64,000 bases of DNA from Blastocladiella emersonii ATCC 22665 (taxonomy: Eukaryota > Fungi > Blastocladiomycota), in contig JANHCV010000002.1 in assembly GCA_025594325.1 (NCBI GenBank), positions 1,984,001 to 2,048,000 on the forward strand. The letters are read 5' to 3'. The notes under the pieces are model-generated. The model saw nothing but the letters and a program-made list of their open reading frames with translations. It did not search any database and was not told the DNA's origin. Positions 58,293-64,000 of the stretch are shown piece by piece. Each line of letters starts with the position of its first letter. Position 1 is the stretch's first letter. The position numbers and the translations under genes are program-made.

Positions 58293-61200
58293 CTATCTCC
58301 CCTTCCCCCTCCGCGGGTCGGGTTTTGACGGGTTCTGCGCGTGGAACTCGGCGAGCAGCTCGAGGTGCTTGAGGTTCGCGTACGGCTCCCAGGTGTTGTC
58401 GTCCTCGGGGCAGCCGTGCCACTTGAGCAGGTACTCGACGCTGCGGCCGACCTTGCGCGCGTTGCGGATCGCCTCGACCGTCCACTCCTCGTGCCCGTTG
58501 ACGGCGTACGGCGTTGGCGGCGGCAGCGCGCGGCCCGGGAACGCCTCCTCGTCGTGCTCGTCGATCGGCTTGATGAGCGAGACGTGGAACACGGGATGGA
58601 CGCGCGCCATGGTTGGCGGCAGCTCGAGCTCGACGGCCGATTTCCGGATGAGGCGCACGATCTTGAGCGGCTCCGTGTACTTGGGCCCGAGCTTGGCCTT
58701 GGGCACGTTGACGCGCAGGTTCTTGGTGCTCAGCAGCACCATGTCGCCGACCTTGTAGTCGGGGCCCTCGCGGCGGCGGCGGTCAGCGTGCTTCTTGTAC
58801 AGCTCCTTGGCGCGCTCGACCTTCTCGCGCAGCTTGCCCTGGACGTCGGCAATGCGCTCGGCCAGCGCGGCGGCTGACGGGACCCGATCCGACCGAACTG
58901 GCGCGGCCGAGAGCCGCGGGTCAAACGCGTAGTTGGCCTTGAACGGCGACATGCCCGTTGACTCGTTGACCGTGTTGTTGATGGCCATCTCGGCGTACCG
59001 CAGCAGCTCGGCCCAGTTCGACTGGTCCTCGTTGGCGAACATGCGCAGGTACACCTCGAGGGTCTGGTTCATGCGCTCGGTCTGCCCGTCGGTCTGCGGG
59101 TGGTACGCCGTCGAGAGCTTGGCCTTGATCTCAAGCGACTCGCACATGGCCGACCAGAACCGCGACGTGAACTGCGACCCGCGGTCCGAGACGATGTCGT
59201 CGGGCAGCCCGTGCGGCCGCACCACGTGCTCGATGAAGGCGTCGGCGGTTGTGGCGGCCGTTGGGAGCGCGGCGAGCGGGATGAAGTGCGTCATCTTGGA
59301 GAACCGATCGACGACGACCATGATGCAGGTGTGACCCTTGCTGCGCGGCAGGTCCGTGATGAAGTCCATGGAGATCGACGACCATGGCCGCGGCGGCGTG
59401 GGCAGCGGCTGCAGCTCGCCGTCAGGCCGGTGGCGCGGCACCTTGGCCCGCGCGCAGGTGAGGCACGACTTGACGAACCGCTCGATCACCTTGCGCATCC
59501 CGGGCCACCAGTACGAGCGCGACACCTTCTCGATGGTGCGCTGGACGCCGAAATGACCGGCTACACGCGTCGCGTGCGCCTCCTCGATCACCCAGGTGCG
59601 CGCGACGCCCGACGGTACGTACAGCCGGTCGTCTCGCCAAACGAAGCCGTCGAGGTCCATGGTGAGCGACGGGTGCTTGCCCGGGTTCCGCTGCATCGAC
59701 TGCGCGAGCTCGTCCTCCGCCAGGCCGTCCCGAATCGCGGCGAGCACGTCGTCGCCCTGCGTGCCCGCGACGAGCGGCGCGCTGGCCGCGGCCGTGGCGG
59801 CCACCGTGAGCGCCGACGCGGGAACGACAGCGCGGCCGAGCATCGGGTTGTCAAACAGCTCGTAGTCGGCGCGGCGCGACAGCGCGTCGGCGCGCCCGTT
59901 GATTGCGCCGGGCCGGTACGTGAACCGGAACGAAAACCGCTCGAGGAACAGTGCCCACCGCGCGTGCCGCTGCGACTCGACCGTCATGGTGCGAAATTGC
60001 TCGAGGTTCTTGTGGTCCGTGTACACCTCGACCGGGTGCTGCGCGCCCTCGAGGTGGTGGCGCCAGATCTCGAACGCGACCTTGATGGCGAGCAGCTCCT
60101 TATCCAAGATGGGATAATTCAGCTCCGCCGCCTTGAGCGCGCGCGAGTGGAACGCGACCGGCCGCAGCGTGCCCTCGTTGTCGACCTGCGACAGGACGCA
60201 CCCAATGGCGAAGTTGGACGCGTCGGCCTCGACAATGAACTGTTTTGAGGGGTCGGGGTGCGCGAGGAACTGGTCGGACGCGAACCGCGTCTTGATGGCC
60301 GCAAAGGCCGCCGCCTCGGTGTCGCCCCACCGCCACGGCGTGTCCTTCTGCGTAAGACGGGTGAGCGGGATGGTCAGTTCCGAGAACTCGGGGATGAAGC
60401 GGCGGTAATAGTTGGCGAGGCCCAGGAACGCCTGCACCTCCTTGACCGTCCGTGGCGCGGGCCACTCGGTCACGGCGCGGACCTTGGCCGGGTCCATCTC
60501 GACGCCCTCGGTGGTCAGGATGTGGCCGAGGTACTCGACGCGCGTCACGTCGAATTCGCACTTCTCGAGCTTGACGTACAGCTTGTTGTCGGCGAGCCGC
60601 TGCAGCACCTCCTTGACGAGCGCCGTGTGCTCTTCGGGGTCCTCGCTGAAGATGAGGATGTCGTCCAGGTACACGAGAACGCCGCGGCGGTCGAGCAGGT
60701 CGCGGAACACGTCGTTGACAAACGCCTGGAACGCGGCCGGCGCGTTGGTCAGCCCGAACGGCATCACCATCCATTCATAATGTCCGTAGCGCGTGCGGAA
60801 CGCCGTCTTCCACTCGTCGCCCTCGCGGATGCGGACCAGGTTGTACGCGCCGCGCAGGTCGAACTTGGTGAAGATGCGCGCGCCCTGCACTTGGTTCATG
60901 AGCTCCGCGATGAGCGGCAGCGCGTAGCGGTTCTTGACCGTCAGCGCGTTGAGGCGGCGGTAGTCCACACACATGCGGCGCGACCCGTCCTTCTTGGGCA
61001 CGAACATGATCGGCGCGCCGGCTGGCGACCGCGATGGGCGGATGAAGCCGCGCGCGAGGTTCTCGTCGATGGTCTTGCGCAGCTCCTCGAGTTCGGGCTG
61101 CGACAGGGCGTAGACGGGCAGGAACGGCACCTTGGCGCCCTCGACGAGCTCGATCTCGCAGTCGTACGGTCGGTGCGGCGGGAGCGCGGACGCCGCGGCG

Positions 61201-62153
61201 GCATCGAAGACGTGCGCCCACTTGAGGTACTTGGCGGGCAGCACGCGCTTCGGCGCCGCGTCATCTGGAGCCTCGGGCGGGCCGTGTGCCTCGTCCCACG
61301 CGAGCGGGTCGAGGTCGACGCGCGGTGCGACCGTGGCCACCGTGACGCGCTGGGCGGGCGGGCACCCGCAGCGACCAGTGCACGCGCCGTCAATCGCGAC
61401 CGTGGCCGAGCGCGGATCTGGCTTCGCGCCGTTCGCGACCATCCATTCGAGTCCCATGATCACCGGAAACGCGGGAGAGTCGACGACGAGGAAGCGCGCG
61501 ACCGAGCAATGAAGGCACGGAATGTCGATGGCGCGACCCGCGTCTCCCACCACGCGCTTCTGCTTGGACGCGTCGCCGGGAGGCACGACGCCGTCCGCGA
61601 ACACGGTTTGGGATCCCGCGACCGCCGCGTGCAGGAACTCGGGCGACGTGACGGACACGGCCGCGTGCACGTAATGCGAGATGTACTGGCGCTGGCCCGG
61701 CGCGGAACCGACGACACCGCGGAGGTCGATGCGACGCGCTAGGCGCTTCGGCACGAGCCCGGCCTGCTCGGCCACCCTGCGGCTGATCAGGTTAACCGGC
61801 GCGCCCGTGTCCAGCATCGTGAACGTCGGGATCGGCGCCGTGCGGAGCCCTGGATGCGCGAGGAGCCCGCCGAGGTGCAGGTGGTCCTGCGCCATCTCTA
61901 GACGCACAAGTGCACCAAAGTACGCAGCAACAGATTTTCCATTAGTCTTCTTATCATTCATGTTTTGTTTCTTCTTTTTGTTCATTTTTTTCTTCTTGTC
62001 GGCGGGCACCGACATCTTATCCGCGGCGGCGGCCGCCGTGGCCATCGCCGTTGTACCACCCAAATCCGCAGGTTTTGGCTTCGAGGACGTCGCGGCCTGC
62101 TCCGCTACGCCCGACTGGCGTTTCCCGACGACGAGCGCGGGGGCGACGGGCAA
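58293..62153 (-). CDS. pol: Pol polyprotein: protease, RT, RNase H, integrase, chromodomain
   Basis: LDTGA; YLDDILIF; EADASNFAIG; HHCC zinc motif and D,D35E (MDFI, SDRG, TERMN); C-terminal EWTVEAI..YLLKWHGCPEDDNTWEP. Expressed via a -1 frameshift from gag. Confidence 0.95.
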   Translation of the reverse strand: MPVAPALVVGKRQSGVAEQAATSSKPKPADLGGTTAMATAAAAADKMSVPADKKKKMNKKKKQNMNDKKTNGKSVAAYFGALVRLEMAQDHLHLGGLLAHPGLRTAPIPTFTMLDTGAPVNLISRRVAEQAGLVPKRLARRIDLRGVVGSAPGQRQYISHYVHAAVSVTSPEFLHAAVAGSQTVFADGVVPPGDASKQKRVVGDAGRAIDIPCLHCSVARFLVVDSPAFPVIMGLEWMVANGAKPDPRSATVAIDGACTGRCGCPPAQRVTVATVAPRVDLDPLAWDEAHGPPEAPDDAAPKRVLPAKYLKWAHVFDAAAASALPPHRPYDCEIELVEGAKVPFLPVYALSQPELEELRKTIDENLARGFIRPSRSPAGAPIMFVPKKDGSRRMCVDYRRLNALTVKNRYALPLIAELMNQVQGARIFTKFDLRGAYNLVRIREGDEWKTAFRTRYGHYEWMVMPFGLTNAPAAFQAFVNDVFRDLLDRRGVLVYLDDILIFSEDPEEHTALVKEVLQRLADNKLYVKLEKCEFDVTRVEYLGHILTTEGVEMDPAKVRAVTEWPAPRTVKEVQAFLGLANYYRRFIPEFSELTIPLTRLTQKDTPWRWGDTEAAAFAAIKTRFASDQFLAHPDPSKQFIVEADASNFAIGCVLSQVDNEGTLRPVAFHSRALKAAELNYPILDKELLAIKVAFEIWRHHLEGAQHPVEVYTDHKNLEQFRTMTVESQRHARWALFLERFSFRFTYRPGAINGRADALSRRADYELFDNPMLGRAVVPASALTVAATAAASAPLVAGTQGDDVLAAIRDGLAEDELAQSMQRNPGKHPSLTMDLDGFVWRDDRLYVPSGVARTWVIEEAHATRVAGHFGVQRTIEKVSRSYWWPGMRKVIERFVKSCLTCARAKVPRHRPDGELQPLPTPPRPWSSISMDFITDLPRSKGHTCIMVVVDRFSKMTHFIPLAALPTAATTADAFIEHVVRPHGLPDDIVSDRGSQFTSRFWSAMCESLEIKAKLSTAYHPQTDGQTERMNQTLEVYLRMFANEDQSNWAELLRYAEMAINNTVNESTGMSPFKANYAFDPRLSAAPVRSDRVPSAAALAERIADVQGKLREKVERAKELYKKHADRRRREGPDYKVGDMVLLSTKNLRVNVPKAKLGPKYTEPLKIVRLIRKSAVELELPPTMARVHPVFHVSLIKPIDEHDEEAFPGRALPPPTPYAVNGHEEWTVEAIRNARKVGRSVEYLLKWHGCPEDDNTWEPYANLKHLELLAEFHAQNPSKPDPRRGKGR

Positions 62154-63181
62154 TCAGCCGCCTTGTGGCCGTAGCCCTTGCAGTTGTAGCACTTGATGTC
62201 GGTGAGGGCGCGGCCCTGGTGCGCCGCCGCCCGCTGCCGAATCGCGCCAACGTCCATGGCGTCCGGGTCCGGGACGAGCTCGGCCGCGACGCCCGTCGCC
62301 CCGCCCTCGTGCACCAGGAAGTGCTCGACCATCTTGTCGAAACGGTAGCCCTTGCGCAGCGAGGCGAAGGCCACGTCCGCGGCCAGCGGCGAGTTGCCGG
62401 CCGTGACCACCAGGTAGAACTGCATCGCCAGCTCGCTGAGCGCGCGGTAGCCTGCACCGGACGCGGTCTGGCGGAACTTGGAGACGAAATCGCGCGCCGG
62501 CATGGCGCCGCGCACGTACTTGAGGTTCTTGAGCTCGTGCGCGTACTCGGTCTCCGACTTCTCGGCCGGCTGCGTTGACTTGACGAGGGAGATGTAGGCG
62601 TTGAACGAGCCGTAGTCCTCAAACTTGGACCCGGCCATCGCCAGCTCCACGGCCTCGAGCACCTTGCCCGTCAGCTTGCCGTGGAAGTGCGCAATCTTGA
62701 ACTTCTCCGGGACGTTGAACGTGAGCTGGAGGATGCTCTCGTACTGCGTGATGGCGCTCTTGACCTTGAAGTTGACGCCGTCAACCGAATTCATGCGCAT
62801 CAGCGCGTGCATCGCGGCCGGCGTGAAGCCATCAACGCCCACGCCCGGCCCGCGCGCGCTGCTGACCTGGATGCTGTCGAGCTCGCCCTGCAGGATACCG
62901 TTGAGCGGCTGGCTCTGCTGCGTCTGCCGCAGCTCGACCTCGAGCGCATACGCGCGGCGCTCCGCCGTCTCGGCGCGCCGCTCGGCCGCGACCGCGCGGG
63001 CCTCGGTCGACACGCCCAGTTGCCAGTAGTCGCTGGCGACGTTGAGCGCGAGGAAGACGAGCTTGGCTTTGTCCTCGTACGGCATGACCAGGTCGCGCCA
63101 CGGCGCGAGCTGGTACTCGGGGACAATGGCCGCAACGTCAAACGTCGCCAGCTTTTTGAGGAACTGTGCCGGCGTTATCAT
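62105..63181 (-). CDS. gag: Gag with CCHC zinc knuckle
   Basis: First ATG downstream of the LTR is at 63181 (the ORF is open from inside the LTR). CYNCKGYGHKAADC. Confidence 0.88.
   Translation of the reverse strand: MITPAQFLKKLATFDVAAIVPEYQLAPWRDLVMPYEDKAKLVFLALNVASDYWQLGVSTEARAVAAERRAETAERRAYALEVELRQTQQSQPLNGILQGELDSIQVSSARGPGVGVDGFTPAAMHALMRMNSVDGVNFKVKSAITQYESILQLTFNVPEKFKIAHFHGKLTGKVLEAVELAMAGSKFEDYGSFNAYISLVKSTQPAEKSETEYAHELKNLKYVRGAMPARDFVSKFRQTASGAGYRALSELAMQFYLVVTAGNSPLAADVAFASLRKGYRFDKMVEHFLVHEGGATGVAAELVPDPDAMDVGAIRQRAAAHQGRALTDIKCYNCKGYGHKAADCPSPPRSSSGNASRA
62120..62126 (-). promoter_or_regulatory. -1 ribosomal frameshift slippery heptamer G GGA AAC
   Basis: In gag frame, within the gag/pol overlap. 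Followed after a 7-nt spacer by a possible stem GGGCGU/ACGUCC with inner GCGG/CCGC. Confidence 0.8.
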
Positions 63182-63235
63182 TTTGCCGTCGTGGAAGAAA
63201 TCACCGCTCGGAGGGGGTTTTACGGTGATACAAAG

Positions 63236-63409
63236 TGTAAGGTGCCGAGGGGGAGGGTCTTGTGCCACGAGGAATGACTAGCCGGATAATGAAGGATTGT
63301 ATCACGAATGACAAGAGAGAGGGAGAGCGAGGGCAACGCTCGGCTTATGAGGGACTGCGCCACCAGCCTGCGCCACCAGCCCGAGCCGTTGGATCACTGA
63401 ACCGTGACA
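63236..63409 (-). repeat. 5' LTR
   Basis: Identical by eye to 58119-58292. Confidence 0.95.
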
Positions 63410-63659
63410 GCACCGCGTGATTTCCCGACGCGCCTCGCGTCTCGCGGGTTTCACCTCCCACTCTCACTGCAACGCCAATTCCTGACTCGCTTGCGGGAGA
63501 CTTGCAGCGAAATGAATCGATCCACGTCGTCAAAACCCCGTGTTTCTGCCATGCAATGTGGCGCAGCGCGTCGCTGCCGTCCAAGCGGGCTAGCTCACGT
63601 TCATCCACTACGAAGCGCGAAGGGAGCTCAACGAAAGACAACTGTGTTTATAGAAGGAG

Positions 63660-64000
63660 CAACTACTGAGTTTGTATGCGGTGCAAACTAGGCGAACATG
63701 CCTTCATGCTGAGTCGTTTCCACGTTACCCACAAACGTCCAGCCCAACAGTCGTTGTTTCGTCCCAAGACTCGATTACTGCGCTCGCTGGGCCCATGAAG
63801 TCTCAGCTAAAACCATGACGCTTCGAACTGATTGCTCCCAACTGCATCCATAGTTGCACATCCTCCACGACGCGTCCGCTCCTGGAATGTCGTCCCAAGA
63901 AGCAATCGCGCACAATCGGCCCCATGACCGCCTGATCATGGGCAAACGCGGGAGTAGCTGCTTTTGGTCTTTCACGCACTTGTCCAGCAGCAACGGGATG
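63660..64000 (-). pseudogene. Family III paralog, 3' part (gene enters from beyond the window)
   Basis: Similarity to 55535-55912 as described for that feature. The frame is broken near 63775. Confidence 0.45.

Larger units (their letters stand above)
58119..63409 (-). mobile_element. Full-length Ty3/Gypsy chromovirus LTR retrotransposon (5291 bp)
   Basis: Two 174-bp TG..CA LTRs with no difference seen. 5-bp TSD GCACC at 58114-58118 and 63410-63414. Intact gag and pol. Confidence 0.97.

Noticed and set aside
58341-61742. Long + strand ORFs opposite pol (60258..61742, 59100..60248)
   Set aside because: Antisense shadows of the GC-rich pol gene.

Overview
Eukaryotic, GC-rich, intron-containing DNA, most consistent with an early-diverging fungus. 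Evidence: fungal-type MTD1, Egh16-like/DUF3129 genes, a chromoviral Ty3/Gypsy element and an Integrator subunit; the taxon is an inference. Most introns are 56-81 nt, usually with GTACGN donors. The window has a mirror-like layout. A central ~11.4-kb block of five intact housekeeping genes (Rab11/YPT31, LONRF-type RING ligase, MTD1, INTS4, RTF1) is bracketed by a ~1.6-kb inverted repeat. Each repeat carries an essentially identical secreted Egh16-like gene with its promoter. Outside the repeat, both arms hold outward-pointing arrays of a ~600-1000 aa F-box-like/ankyrin-repeat family: 3 copies on the left (-) and 6 on the right (+). Only 2 of the 9 look fully intact; the rest have nonsense codons, frameshifts, deletions, a lost ATG or transposon insertions. 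The arms also hold a non-autonomous CACTA/CMC-like element, a Helitron2/Helentron-like element with an intron-containing cargo gene, an apparently complete PIF/Harbinger transposon, a MITE inserted in-frame into an ORF, an intact chromovirus with identical LTRs, a third Egh16-like paralog and two further degenerate gene families. No rRNA, tRNA or CRISPR array was recognised. All calls come from reading the sequence by eye; no database searches were run.
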